64,000 nt of DNA, taken from IMG/VR virus record IMGVR_UViG_3300014913_000006. The stretch is one strand, 5' to 3'. This document shows positions 1-9,567 of the stretch, one piece after another. Made by a program: the position numbers and the translations under genes. The number at the start of each line of letters is the position of its first letter. Within the stretch, counting starts at the first letter, position 1. The notes beneath the pieces were generated by a model that saw only the letters and a list, made by a program, of their open reading frames with translations, ran no database searches and was not told the DNA's origin. This DNA comes from a virus.

Positions 1-164
1 TGGTGCGATTCACTCGGCGAAGAAGACAGCACCTAGTAGAACAACGGGCGTCGTTGGCCACAACACAACCGGTAGCACCCATCGACACAAAGAAGAACTC
101 CACGTTCGTAGACACTGGTGAAAAGAACACTTTGGCAAAGATAAGGGAAGCAGAGAATGGCTAA
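1..164 (+). CDS. 3' end of a hypothetical protein truncated by the window edge
   Basis: Open frame from nt 3 (VRFTRRRRQH...KIREAENG*) ending at TAA 162-164, overlapping the recA start in the tightly coupled style of the rest of the arm. Confidence 0.4.
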   Translation, partial: VRFTRRRRQHLVEQRASLATTQPVAPIDTKKNSTFVDTGEKNTLAKIREAENG

Positions 165-2430
165 GAGAAAACCCAAGATCGCAGACGAGTCACTCGATGC
201 CTTTCTAACGAGGATGCATGGTAAAGGCATTATTGCCACAGCAGCAGAAGCCCTACCTCCAAGAACAAGAGACATACTACCCACACCATTGTCTCTGGAC
301 ATTGCCCTGAGTGGCGGCATCCCCGATGGTACAATTTGTCTGATTACCGGAAAACCAAAGAGTGGAAAGTGCGTTGACTCCAAGACTACTTTTGCAGTAA
401 CAAATCACGGACTATTGAATCTCGAAGAATTGAAAACGTTATCAAAAATTATGGTTGTTTCTAGTACGGGCGAAGTCCAAAGAGTATCATCTTGGTATGA
501 TAATGGAATAGATGATGTTGTTAAAATCAATACAAAATTTGGATCGGCCATTAGTGTCACACATAACCACCCGTTGATGATACTAGATAATGATGGTATT
601 CAGAGATGGAAAAACGGACAAGATATTAAAATAGGAGACATTCTGCTGTGTCGCAGGGGAGACAATGTATGGGGAAATAGGTCAATTGATAACGGAGACG
701 CTTATGTCTATGGTCTTTTGATAGGCGATGGTCATATAACTTCCAGCAGAATACAGTTGTCAACCAAAGATTCTGTTTGCTATAAAGCTTTTGTCGATTT
801 TGTGACTAGAAGGGGTGGTAAAGTCTTAACATATGCAGGTAAGGACCACCATTTCAACTCTACAAAACACGGGACGATACTATTAAGAGAAGGATTTTAC
901 ATAAAGAAATACAAACAAGTACCAACATTTATTCGTACATGCAATATTAACAACATATGCAATATGTTGTCTGGGTATTTTGATGCTGATGGAACAGTTG
1001 AGAAAAGCAGAGTAAACGCTACAACAAATTCTGAGACCCTTGCAATACAAATAAAGACTATTTTGATGAATTTAGGAATATTGTCGAATATTAGAATACG
1101 ACACATTATTCCTCCAGGACAGATAGAGAGTCGTAAGTATTGGGAAATAAGTATACAAAATATTGAATCAATCAAAATGTTCAAAGACTGTATTGATTTT
1201 CGTATCCCAAGGAAAAGAAAAGCGTTGGAGTCACTTTGTAACAGAAAATCATCTACTAAATGTGACACGGTTCCACACCTGAACAAGCCAATAACCGCTT
1301 TACAAACAGCAGTTGTCGCGGATCGCGGATATTTTCTTCCAAAAACAATGAACAACTTGAGAACAACTATCAATAGATGGAAACGGGGGGATCGCAAAGC
1401 CCGTAGAGATATGGTCCGAAAGATGCTTGACCAATTTTTTGATTATAGACATACAAAAGAATATCAAGCGATTGAATTATTGATCGATCCACATTTGTTT
1501 TTTGACCAAGTTACGTCATTAGACATTGATACTGTACACACAGCAGATTTAAGTGTACCTATTGGCAAATCATTTTTAGCAAACGGGATAGTGAATCACA
1601 ATACAACACTGTGTCTTGAGTTGCTCAGGAACGCTCAGATATTGGATCGCCCAGCATTCTACATCAACATTGAGAAGAGATGTACTCCAGCACTCTTGTC
1701 TACTATCCAGGGGTTAGACCCAAAGAAGCTTCAGGTTGTGCCGCACCAGATAGACAAACCATTGACAGCCGAAGACTATCTCAACATCATCGAACGTATT
1801 GCGAAGACTCAAGAGAAGGCTGTTGTCGTTGTCGATAGTATAGCAGCGCTCTCGACCATGACGGAGCAGGAAGAGCAAATCGGTTCCAACAAAGACATGG
1901 CCGGACCAGCCAAGCTGCTGTCGGCATTCTTCCGACGTGCTCAGCAAATCGTTGATTCCAAGAATGTGATCCTGATTTTCATATCACAAATGATGAGCAA
2001 TAGAGAGCCCCGTGGCCCCAAATATGTGGAAAAAGGTGGCGTAGCGGTTCAGTATGCTTGTTCAGTGTGGCTCAAAGTAACCTGGACTCAGCAGTGGGAA
2101 AGGAATGCAGAAACCAATGCCCCAGACGGCCACGACATGCACATCACAGTACAATCATCTGCTATGGGACGACCACTATTGCCATGTGTTCTGCCACTCC
2201 GGTATGGTATCGGGATCGATGTTGTCAAGGATATCGTAACCACAGCCGAGAATCTTGGGTTGATTGAAAAAGCGGGTGCGTGGTACTCGATACCGATGTT
2301 CGCTGGTGACGGCGACCCGCCGAAGTTTCAAGGGCTTGCACGACTGTCGAACTTTCTCAAAGAAAACCCCGACAAACTGAAACAACTGGAGACTGAAGTG
2401 AGGGATGTTGTGCTCCCAACAGGAGAATAA
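157..2430 (+). CDS. recA: RecA/UvsX-like recombinase with intein
   Basis: SLDIALSGGIP, Walker A GKPKSGK|TT, Walker B VVVDSIAAL, IFISQ, GGVAVQY, IEKAGAWYS, KFQG motifs; interrupted by an intein. Confidence 0.92.
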   Translation: MAKRKPKIADESLDAFLTRMHGKGIIATAAEALPPRTRDILPTPLSLDIALSGGIPDGTICLITGKPKSGKCVDSKTTFAVTNHGLLNLEELKTLSKIMVVSSTGEVQRVSSWYDNGIDDVVKINTKFGSAISVTHNHPLMILDNDGIQRWKNGQDIKIGDILLCRRGDNVWGNRSIDNGDAYVYGLLIGDGHITSSRIQLSTKDSVCYKAFVDFVTRRGGKVLTYAGKDHHFNSTKHGTILLREGFYIKKYKQVPTFIRTCNINNICNMLSGYFDADGTVEKSRVNATTNSETLAIQIKTILMNLGILSNIRIRHIIPPGQIESRKYWEISIQNIESIKMFKDCIDFRIPRKRKALESLCNRKSSTKCDTVPHLNKPITALQTAVVADRGYFLPKTMNNLRTTINRWKRGDRKARRDMVRKMLDQFFDYRHTKEYQAIELLIDPHLFFDQVTSLDIDTVHTADLSVPIGKSFLANGIVNHNTTLCLELLRNAQILDRPAFYINIEKRCTPALLSTIQGLDPKKLQVVPHQIDKPLTAEDYLNIIERIAKTQEKAVVVVDSIAALSTMTEQEEQIGSNKDMAGPAKLLSAFFRRAQQIVDSKNVILIFISQMMSNREPRGPKYVEKGGVAVQYACSVWLKVTWTQQWERNAETNAPDGHDMHITVQSSAMGRPLLPCVLPLRYGIGIDVVKDIVTTAENLGLIEKAGAWYSIPMFAGDGDPPKFQGLARLSNFLKENPDKLKQLETEVRDVVLPTGE
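370..1602 (+). mobile_element. Intein (LAGLIDADG type, 411 aa) in the RecA Walker A motif
   Basis: Starts CVDSKT, block B THNHP, LLIGDG and GYFDADG endonuclease motifs, ends NGIVNHN followed by Thr; removal restores GKPKSGKTT. Confidence 0.93.
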
Positions 2431-2431
2431 A

Positions 2432-2986
2432 ATGAGTAGCATCACAAAAGGATTAGAGTGGCTTCCACGTCCGTTGGTTTTGACAACCAGCGAGACAGCT
2501 AGGGACATACTCCAAGATGTATACCAATACGCGAACGAAGTCAGTCCAGACCCAAACACAAAGAACGGTGCAGTCTTGGTTGGCCCAGACGGGAATGTCC
2601 TGACATATGGCGTCAACAAGTTCCCGACCGGCGTTGCCGCAACCGAAAGTCGCCTGACAGACAAAGAGACCAAGTATCGCTTGGTGGTTCACGCAGAGAA
2701 TGGCGCTGTGTTCAACGCAGCCAAGCATGGAAAGATGGCACAAGGTGCAACCTTATATTGTCCATTCTATGCATGTTCTGAATGTGCCAAGGCGATTATT
2801 CAGGGAGGTATCATTCGGGTTGTGGGTCATGCACAACTAATGGCGTTGGCATCTGAGCACACCACTTGGGTCAAATCGATTACCGATGCATGGGACGTAT
2901 TGCACGAAGCTGGAGTGCAATGTGAGTTATACGATGGCGTTGTTGGTGTTACTACCAGATTCAACGGCCAAGATATTCCGGTGTAA
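2432..2986 (+). CDS. dCMP deaminase
   Basis: SPDPNTKNGAVLV, HAE and PFYACSECAKAIIQGGI zinc-deaminase motifs; AGGAG SD before ATG 2432. Confidence 0.88.
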   Translation: MSSITKGLEWLPRPLVLTTSETARDILQDVYQYANEVSPDPNTKNGAVLVGPDGNVLTYGVNKFPTGVAATESRLTDKETKYRLVVHAENGAVFNAAKHGKMAQGATLYCPFYACSECAKAIIQGGIIRVVGHAQLMALASEHTTWVKSITDAWDVLHEAGVQCELYDGVVGVTTRFNGQDIPV

Positions 2987-2987
2987 C

Positions 2988-3347
2988 ATGGAAGTGCGAC
3001 TACTCAGTGGTGGTACCGCAAGGTTACGTCTCAGCAATAAGCGGCTTCGAACCAAAGGGAAATCGAAGTCGCAATTTCAGTATGATGTAGGACAACAGTT
3101 ATCACAGGAGTATCCTCACGATGTGATCTTTGAGGAAGTATCTATACCGAGAGATGGGTTCATCCTGGACTTCTTTATCCCGTCCCTTGACTTGGTGGTC
3201 GAATGCCATGGTAGACAACATACAGAACATGTCAAGCATTTCCACAAGACAAAGCAGGATTTCCACAACCAGCAAGATGTAGACCAAAAGAAGCGAGACT
3301 GGTGCGAACTCAATGGATTCCGCTTGATAGAGGTTTATGATGAGTAG
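2988..3347 (+). CDS. DUF559/Vsr-like PD-(D/E)XK endonuclease
   Basis: LDFFIPSLDLVVECHGRQH...H...D..K..WC..NG..LIEV pattern. Confidence 0.7.
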   Translation: MEVRLLSGGTARLRLSNKRLRTKGKSKSQFQYDVGQQLSQEYPHDVIFEEVSIPRDGFILDFFIPSLDLVVECHGRQHTEHVKHFHKTKQDFHNQQDVDQKKRDWCELNGFRLIEVYDE

Positions 3348-3756
3348 TCTCGGAGACGAAACGGCAGTTTACAAGGATCAACTTGATCGATGGATCGAGA
3401 CCTTGGGATTGCCGCAGCATCAGCCAGCGAATAACGAAGTCGAGACTATCTTGGGATTCACCAGAGATACCATGAGAGAGCGGTCGTCTGTGCAGTTGTC
3501 TGAAGACGCTATTATCCTGGCTCAGTATGCACTCTTCATGCAACAGAAAGCCAACGAATGTCAGACATTCATCAAGTGGTCTAATCAGGTGATGAATCGT
3601 CTACTTGGGGATGATCGTCCCAGGCTGAACCAGTGGGTGCGGCAAGCAGAATTGAGACTTGAGCGGATACAGTATCTTGCTCGTCGGATTGAACTTGTGG
3701 GGCAAAGCATCAGTGGTCTAGTGAGATCGCGGTATAACGAAGGGAGCAATCGATGA
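3337..3756 (+). CDS. hypothetical helical protein
   Basis: 139-aa ORF coupled to both neighbours; no recognised motif. Confidence 0.6.
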   Translation: MMSSLGDETAVYKDQLDRWIETLGLPQHQPANNEVETILGFTRDTMRERSSVQLSEDAIILAQYALFMQQKANECQTFIKWSNQVMNRLLGDDRPRLNQWVRQAELRLERIQYLARRIELVGQSISGLVRSRYNEGSNR

Positions 3757-4334
3757 GTCCAATAGAGTATATTGCGGAAGGCATACGACAAGGGAACTGG
3801 GAAACTGTTTGTGAAGGATATGAACGGCTCACTGGCAAAGCCTTGCCACTTCCGACCACAATGGCTACAACAGACGGCGCTGGAGATGCACTCCGACAGA
3901 TTGCAGATATTGCATCTTCTGTTTTAGATGGACCGACAGCAGAGATTTGTGACACGGCCAAAAAACCAGTGAAGAAAAAGCCCGGTCGCCCGAAGGGGGG
4001 TGGGAAAAAGAAAAAGAAGAAGAAAGCCACGGTAAACAAAAACGGTGAGGATTCTTCCATCCAGATAGATGAAGACAAAAGGACCATCGTACAAAAGGAA
4101 ACTGGTGGCACCCAGTTAATCACCAACGACGCAGACCCAGAAGAGGTGGAACGCAACAAGGCTAAGGCAGCAAAAGCAAACAAGAACAAGGTGAAGCTAA
4201 ATCGCCAAGCTGCCAGAAAGTACAAAGTCAAGTGCAACGAATGCGGAGAGACATTCGAGTCTGATCGCAAGGGCGGTGAGATGGGTCAAAAGTGTCCGGG
4301 TTGTCTCAAGGAAAAGAAGAGTAGGTTCGCTTAA
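3753..4334 (+). CDS. Lys-rich protein with C-terminal zinc ribbon
   Basis: KKKPGRPKGGGKKKKKKK tract; CNEC...CPGC; ATGA/TAATG coupling. Confidence 0.65.
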   Translation: MSPIEYIAEGIRQGNWETVCEGYERLTGKALPLPTTMATTDGAGDALRQIADIASSVLDGPTAEICDTAKKPVKKKPGRPKGGGKKKKKKKATVNKNGEDSSIQIDEDKRTIVQKETGGTQLITNDADPEEVERNKAKAAKANKNKVKLNRQAARKYKVKCNECGETFESDRKGGEMGQKCPGCLKEKKSRFA

Positions 4335-7039
4335 TGGGTACAAAGACTAACGCCATCTTGCAAGATTCCGGTATGGAGCGAGCAGTCCTTGCTGGAATCA
4401 CAACGTATGGGGCAGATTGCTTCTTCGAGGTCGAAGACATAATCGGAGTCGCAGACTTCTATTGGCCTTGCAACCAAGAGCTTTTCACGATTCTGTCACA
4501 CTTAGTACACAAAGAAGATGCCAAGACATTCGACACACCAAGCATCCAGGCGGCGGCGAAAATCCTCGGGCACACAGACTTCACCAGTGGTGGTAAGCAT
4601 TCTGATTATCTGAGTGACATCATCGACGAAGTCGGTTCTTCTAAAGACAACATCCGATCTCTTGTTGTCGCCGTCTACAAACTGTCATTAGCCCGTCGTG
4701 GTTGGCTAGCCGCCAAGACAGTCCAAAACAATCTGAAAAAGGTGACAGGTGCGGAAGATGTGGATAGCATCATTGGTCAAATCGAAGAACCCATATTTGA
4801 GTTCACCGGCCAAATCATGACACAGGGTGCTGGCGTGGTCTCTCTTGGACAACGATTCAAGAATGTGATGACCACGTTGTCAGAAACACCTCAAGACATC
4901 ATTGGGCTACCCACAGGCTTTCCAGCGTGGGACACAGCAATCGGCGGCGGTTTAAGACCCGCAACAGTCAATGTGGTGGGAGCAAGACCAAAACAGGGAA
5001 AATGCCACGGTTCATTCGACACAATAGTATTGACAAATAGCGGTCTTCTGATGCCCTATGAGATGTTCGATGCCAAAAACAGTAAGGGGAAGATTAGTTG
5101 CGGCGACTTAAAAGTCCTAAGCAAAGATGGTGAACAAAAAACACCAGCATATTGGTGGAATAATGGATTCGCCAACGTGATAAAAATATCGACCAGATAC
5201 GGGAATACGCTGTCTGCAACACCCAACCACCCTGTCAGGATTTTGGATACCGATGGAGAAATCAAATGGAGAAACGCAGAAGGCCTGAAGCTTGGAGATC
5301 ATTTAGTCTGTCGCCGTGGAGATAGATTCTGGGGAAAAACGGAGATGCATGACGATGACGCATATGTACTGGGCCTACTAGTCGGGGATGGGTACATAGG
5401 CGAGAGAATAGTTGACTTAGCTTCCACAGATGAGACGTGCAGAGAACAATTCAAAGCTTTCGTACACAGATATGGTGGCGACGTAGGTACAGAAGACTGC
5501 TACCACACAAGGTGTAACAGAACAGATGTCGCAAAGCGAATATCATCACTCGGATTCTACGACAAAAACAGAAAGAAAATTTTCCCAATTAGTGTGCGTA
5601 CAGGAAAAGAAGGGGTCGTGAGACAGGCGCTTTGTGGGTATTTTGATGCAGACGGATGCGTCGAACACATAGGAGTAACAGCTACTACCGATTCACAACG
5701 ATTAGCTATTCAGCTAAAAGCAATGTTGTTAAATTTGGGCATACTGTCAAGAACCAAAACTAAACATGTCATTCCACCAGGACACACAGAGCCCCGTGAC
5801 TATTTTGAGGTAGCTATACAAAATACAGAATCTATCAGAATCTTCAAACAGCTAATAGGCTTCCGTATTGCCAAAAAGCAAGAAAAACTGGATATACTGT
5901 GCGACAAGAAGCCGTCCGCGAAACACGACACGGTTCCTCATCTACGTTTGCCATTACTTGAGTTAAAGAAACTTATCGTCGAGCATCGGGGATATTTTCT
6001 CCCTGGCAATATAAATGGATTACGAGACAATGTCAACAGATGGATCAGAGGAACCAGACTCGCGAGAAGAGATGTTGTCCAGAAACTGTTGGATGTACTG
6101 TCTGAATACAAGCACCTACCTGCATATATCGCCATACACAATTTAATAGACAGGCATCTGCTTTTCGACCCAATAGTGGACTTGTCGTCTGGGCAAGAAT
6201 GGACATGCGATTTTTACGTACCAGACGGTCACAGCTTTGTTACTAACGGGTTCATAAGCCACAACAGTTTCTTCTGTATGAATGTGGCTCGCAACGTAGC
6301 GGAAAACGGAATCCCAGTGTTGTATCTGGATACCGAGCTTACAAGCGACACACAATTGCATCGCCTCACCTCTTTGGTGTCTGGCGTAGACCTGGATCAT
6401 GTCGAGACCGGCAAGTTTGTCAGCAATCCCCATGAATCCGAGGCGCTATGGAGTTGTCAGGACCACATTGAAGGTCTATCCATCGATCACTTTTCTGTAG
6501 CTGGCTTGGCGCCACACGCTATCATGTCGATAGCAAGACGATGGCTATCCAAGACGGTCGGTTTCACAAGCAGTGGGGCAGCAAAGCCGTGTTTGATCGT
6601 CTATGATTATCTGAAGCTTATGGATGATGGTAGCTTCAAGAACAACCTACAAGAATATCAGCTACTTGGTTTTCTCATCACGGCACTACACAACTTTGCC
6701 GTCAAGTTCAAACTCCCAGTCTTGGCGACTGTTCAACTCAACCGCGACGGCGTTGAGAAAGAGGGTGCAGAAGTTGTTTCAGGATCAGACCGGATAGTGT
6801 GGCTGTGCTCAAACTTCACGATCCTCAAGAAAAAGATTCAGACAGAACTCAACGAAGACCCACCATCTAACGGAACAAAAAAGCTGGTCGTCACAGACAC
6901 GCGGTTCGGGGGTGGGATGGAGAGCGGTGAGTACATCAACGTGAAAGACGAACTGTCAGTAGGTAAGCTGGCCGAAGGCCAACCATTCTCAATGGTAACA
7001 CAAGCTGCCCTGGAGAATCAGTCGAATGAAGCGGTTTAG
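4334..7039 (+). CDS. dnaB: Replicative DNA helicase DnaB with intein
   Basis: ERAVLAG N-domain, GLPTGF..WD...GGL, Walker A GARPKQGK|S, IVYDYLKLM, QLNR, GSDRI motifs. Confidence 0.93.
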   Translation: MGTKTNAILQDSGMERAVLAGITTYGADCFFEVEDIIGVADFYWPCNQELFTILSHLVHKEDAKTFDTPSIQAAAKILGHTDFTSGGKHSDYLSDIIDEVGSSKDNIRSLVVAVYKLSLARRGWLAAKTVQNNLKKVTGAEDVDSIIGQIEEPIFEFTGQIMTQGAGVVSLGQRFKNVMTTLSETPQDIIGLPTGFPAWDTAIGGGLRPATVNVVGARPKQGKCHGSFDTIVLTNSGLLMPYEMFDAKNSKGKISCGDLKVLSKDGEQKTPAYWWNNGFANVIKISTRYGNTLSATPNHPVRILDTDGEIKWRNAEGLKLGDHLVCRRGDRFWGKTEMHDDDAYVLGLLVGDGYIGERIVDLASTDETCREQFKAFVHRYGGDVGTEDCYHTRCNRTDVAKRISSLGFYDKNRKKIFPISVRTGKEGVVRQALCGYFDADGCVEHIGVTATTDSQRLAIQLKAMLLNLGILSRTKTKHVIPPGHTEPRDYFEVAIQNTESIRIFKQLIGFRIAKKQEKLDILCDKKPSAKHDTVPHLRLPLLELKKLIVEHRGYFLPGNINGLRDNVNRWIRGTRLARRDVVQKLLDVLSEYKHLPAYIAIHNLIDRHLLFDPIVDLSSGQEWTCDFYVPDGHSFVTNGFISHNSFFCMNVARNVAENGIPVLYLDTELTSDTQLHRLTSLVSGVDLDHVETGKFVSNPHESEALWSCQDHIEGLSIDHFSVAGLAPHAIMSIARRWLSKTVGFTSSGAAKPCLIVYDYLKLMDDGSFKNNLQEYQLLGFLITALHNFAVKFKLPVLATVQLNRDGVEKEGAEVVSGSDRIVWLCSNFTILKKKIQTELNEDPPSNGTKKLVVTDTRFGGGMESGEYINVKDELSVGKLAEGQPFSMVTQAALENQSNEAV
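5003..6265 (+). mobile_element. Intein (LAGLIDADG type, 421 aa) in the DnaB Walker A motif
   Basis: Starts CHGSFD, TPNHP, LLVGDG and GYFDADG, ends NGFISHN followed by Ser. Confidence 0.93.
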
Positions 7040-8189
7040 GTCTCAGGATATTCCATTCATACAAGCTCGTGCCTGCGAGCGGGTAGCCGAAGTATTCGAT
7101 GCGCTCGGTATCGATTACATCGAACGGCACGACTACTTGCAGGCTGCGTGTCCCGTACACGAGGGGGACAACCAAAGAGCGATGTTCTGGGCTATCAGGT
7201 CTAACCACTGGCAGTGCAAGACCAGAGGGTGCCATTGTGACCCCGTTACTGGTCCGTCTAGCAGTATCTTTGGTCTGGTTCGTGGGACCATGAGCCGCAA
7301 GACAGGAAAGGAATGGGGCTTTCAGCAGGCGGTCAAATTCGTAGCTCAGGCTTTGGGGTTGGAGCAGTGTAGGGCTGATTCTGTTACCGCACAAGACATC
7401 GAGATAGCCAAGATTATCAAGCGAAACCGGAAGAAGCAGAACGTCGTCCAAGGTCAAGGGGTACCGCTAGCCACCATGGTTCAACACCTAAAGCCCGATC
7501 AAGTCTACTATCCAAATCGTGGTATATCGCCAGAGATCATAGCTCGGTATCACATATCGTTCTGTAATACCAAGGGCAAGCCCATGTACAAGCGGGCGTT
7601 CTTTCCTGTTCTCGACGCTACTGGGCGACACGTTGTCGGGTGGTCTGGCAGAAGTATCTACGACAAATGTCCGAAATGTGGAATGCACCATCACCCAGAA
7701 CGGGCGTCGTGTCCAGACGCCCAGTATGGTGGAGTGTACACGAAGTGGAAGCACTCCAAAGATTTCCACGGAGAACTGTGTCTCTACAATCTATGGTATG
7801 CGAAACCGTTTATTAGCAAGACTGGAACAGTCATTCTCTGTGAAGGTCCAGGTGATGTATGGGCATACGAGGCAGCGGGTATACGTAACAGCGTAGCTCT
7901 GTTGGGGCTCAGTATGTCTCGTCAGCAACGGCTCATGTTGCAGAACGCAGGAGCGCTCACAGTAGTATGTACATTCGATAACGACGAAGCTGGTCGGAAG
8001 GCTATGCGGAAATTGGATCGGGACTTGACGCACTACTTCAGAGTATTTTGTGTGACACCCGATACTGTAAAGGACGTTGGTGACATGTTTGCTGAAGATA
8101 TCGCGGCGAAGATTGGCCCTATCTTGCAACAAGCATCTAGAGCAGAAATGCTATCCGATGGCTACGGAGCCGGGGAGGAAATTCGATGA
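7026..8189 (+). CDS. dnaG: DnaG-like DNA primase
   Basis: CPVH..C....C zinc finger, VGWSGR, TOPRIM CEGPGD and FDNDEAG, KDVGD. Confidence 0.88.
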   Translation: MKRFRSQDIPFIQARACERVAEVFDALGIDYIERHDYLQAACPVHEGDNQRAMFWAIRSNHWQCKTRGCHCDPVTGPSSSIFGLVRGTMSRKTGKEWGFQQAVKFVAQALGLEQCRADSVTAQDIEIAKIIKRNRKKQNVVQGQGVPLATMVQHLKPDQVYYPNRGISPEIIARYHISFCNTKGKPMYKRAFFPVLDATGRHVVGWSGRSIYDKCPKCGMHHHPERASCPDAQYGGVYTKWKHSKDFHGELCLYNLWYAKPFISKTGTVILCEGPGDVWAYEAAGIRNSVALLGLSMSRQQRLMLQNAGALTVVCTFDNDEAGRKAMRKLDRDLTHYFRVFCVTPDTVKDVGDMFAEDIAAKIGPILQQASRAEMLSDGYGAGEEIR

Positions 8190-8632
8190 AGAAGAAAGAC
8201 ACAAACCCTAAAGACAGAATGGCTACCACCAGATTAGATTTGAGCCTATTTCCAACTACGGCAAAAGCATACGGCGCTTTGGCAATGACCGAAGGAGATT
8301 TGAAATATGGCGGCTTCAACTACAGGAGCGCTGGCGTTAAGGCTTCAGTCTATTACGCAGCAGCAAACCGCCATATGGACAAATGGTTCAATGGAGAATG
8401 GGCGGATGACAAAACAGGGGTGCCTCACCTTGCAAGCGCCCTGGCGTGTATCGGTGTTCTTATCGACGCTATAGAGTGCGACAAGTTGAACGATGATCGT
8501 CCACCGAAATGCGATATGGCCGCTCTACTCAACGACATGGAAGAGAAAGTCATCCATCTTCAAAAGCTGTTCCCCGATGGGCCAGATCGTCACAAAGAAA
8601 CAGACAAGGAAGGCACTGATGAGAGTAGTTAA
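8186..8632 (+). CDS. dATP/dGTP diphosphohydrolase-domain protein (DUF5664-like)
   Basis: TNPKD...LDLSLFP...AMTEGDLKYGGFNYR...YYAAANRH...W..GE..D..TGVPHL signature. Confidence 0.8.
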   Translation: MKKKDTNPKDRMATTRLDLSLFPTTAKAYGALAMTEGDLKYGGFNYRSAGVKASVYYAAANRHMDKWFNGEWADDKTGVPHLASALACIGVLIDAIECDKLNDDRPPKCDMAALLNDMEEKVIHLQKLFPDGPDRHKETDKEGTDESS

Positions 8633-9566
8633 GTGTAGCGCTAGCGCAATAGGGCTGTACAACCATTGTCCGTTTTCGTACTTCATGCACTACATTCTTG
8701 GCATGGAGTCGAAGGCTGGCAAGGCGGCACTCCAGGGTACGATTGTTCACCAAGCCCTAGAGTGGATGACCAAATTGCGCAAGCGTGGAAAAACCAATGT
8801 CGATCCGATGTGGCTGCTACATCGTGCGTGGGATGAGCACACAGCGGCTACACCAGAGATAAGTATTCGCAAAGTGACTACTCGCATAGACAAAGAGACT
8901 GGTGAGTTCAAGGAAGCGGCAGATTTCAAGAAGTGCAGGGTAGCACTAGAAACTGTGCTCAACGACCCGTATTACAATCCATACAAGATCAAACCGATTG
9001 ATTCTGAAAGATGGTTTGCTTTGGAGATGCCTGGGGAAGAGTGGCAGTGTCTTGACAAAGATGGCAAACTGCATCAGTTCGCCGTTCGAGGCTTCATTGA
9101 CCTTGTTCACGAGATCGACGAAGACACAATCGAGATCGCTGACTGGAAAACTGGAAGCAGAAAAGATTTCTATACTCAGCAACCTATCGACGAAGCGTTG
9201 TTGATGAGGGAGGTCCAGCCAAGGCTTTATCATCTGGCGGCATACTTCCTATATCCGCAGTACAAGAACATACTAATCACCTTCTACTATACCAACGACG
9301 GTGGACCAATCACAATAGCTCTGTCCCAAGATGATCTAGCGATGACAATAGCGGGCCTCCATCGCTTCTTTACCACAATCAGACGAGATACGTTGATGCG
9401 GCGGAATCGTTGGTGGACTTGTCGCATGTGCAGCTTCAACAACAATGGTGTCTGCCACAGAGTGTGGAGCGATCTACACACATTGGGCGGCGAATACGTG
9501 GAAGACCGTTACGCCAATCTCGACCTCGAAGGTCAGTTGGCTATTGGCAAACCAGTGGAGGCGTAA
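8619..9566 (+). CDS. Cas4/RecB-like PD-(D/E)XK exonuclease
   Basis: SAS...CP, GTIVHQALE, RGFIDLV, IADWKTG, Q..LY and C-terminal CRMC......C cysteine cluster. Confidence 0.85.
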   Translation: MRVVKCSASAIGLYNHCPFSYFMHYILGMESKAGKAALQGTIVHQALEWMTKLRKRGKTNVDPMWLLHRAWDEHTAATPEISIRKVTTRIDKETGEFKEAADFKKCRVALETVLNDPYYNPYKIKPIDSERWFALEMPGEEWQCLDKDGKLHQFAVRGFIDLVHEIDEDTIEIADWKTGSRKDFYTQQPIDEALLMREVQPRLYHLAAYFLYPQYKNILITFYYTNDGGPITIALSQDDLAMTIAGLHRFFTTIRRDTLMRRNRWWTCRMCSFNNNGVCHRVWSDLHTLGGEYVEDRYANLDLEGQLAIGKPVEA

Positions 9567-9567
9567 G

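Noticed and set aside
8619-9566. Cas4-like gene as part of a CRISPR system
   Set aside because: No repeat-spacer array or other cas genes seen; solo Cas4/RecB-like nucleases are common in phage replication modules.
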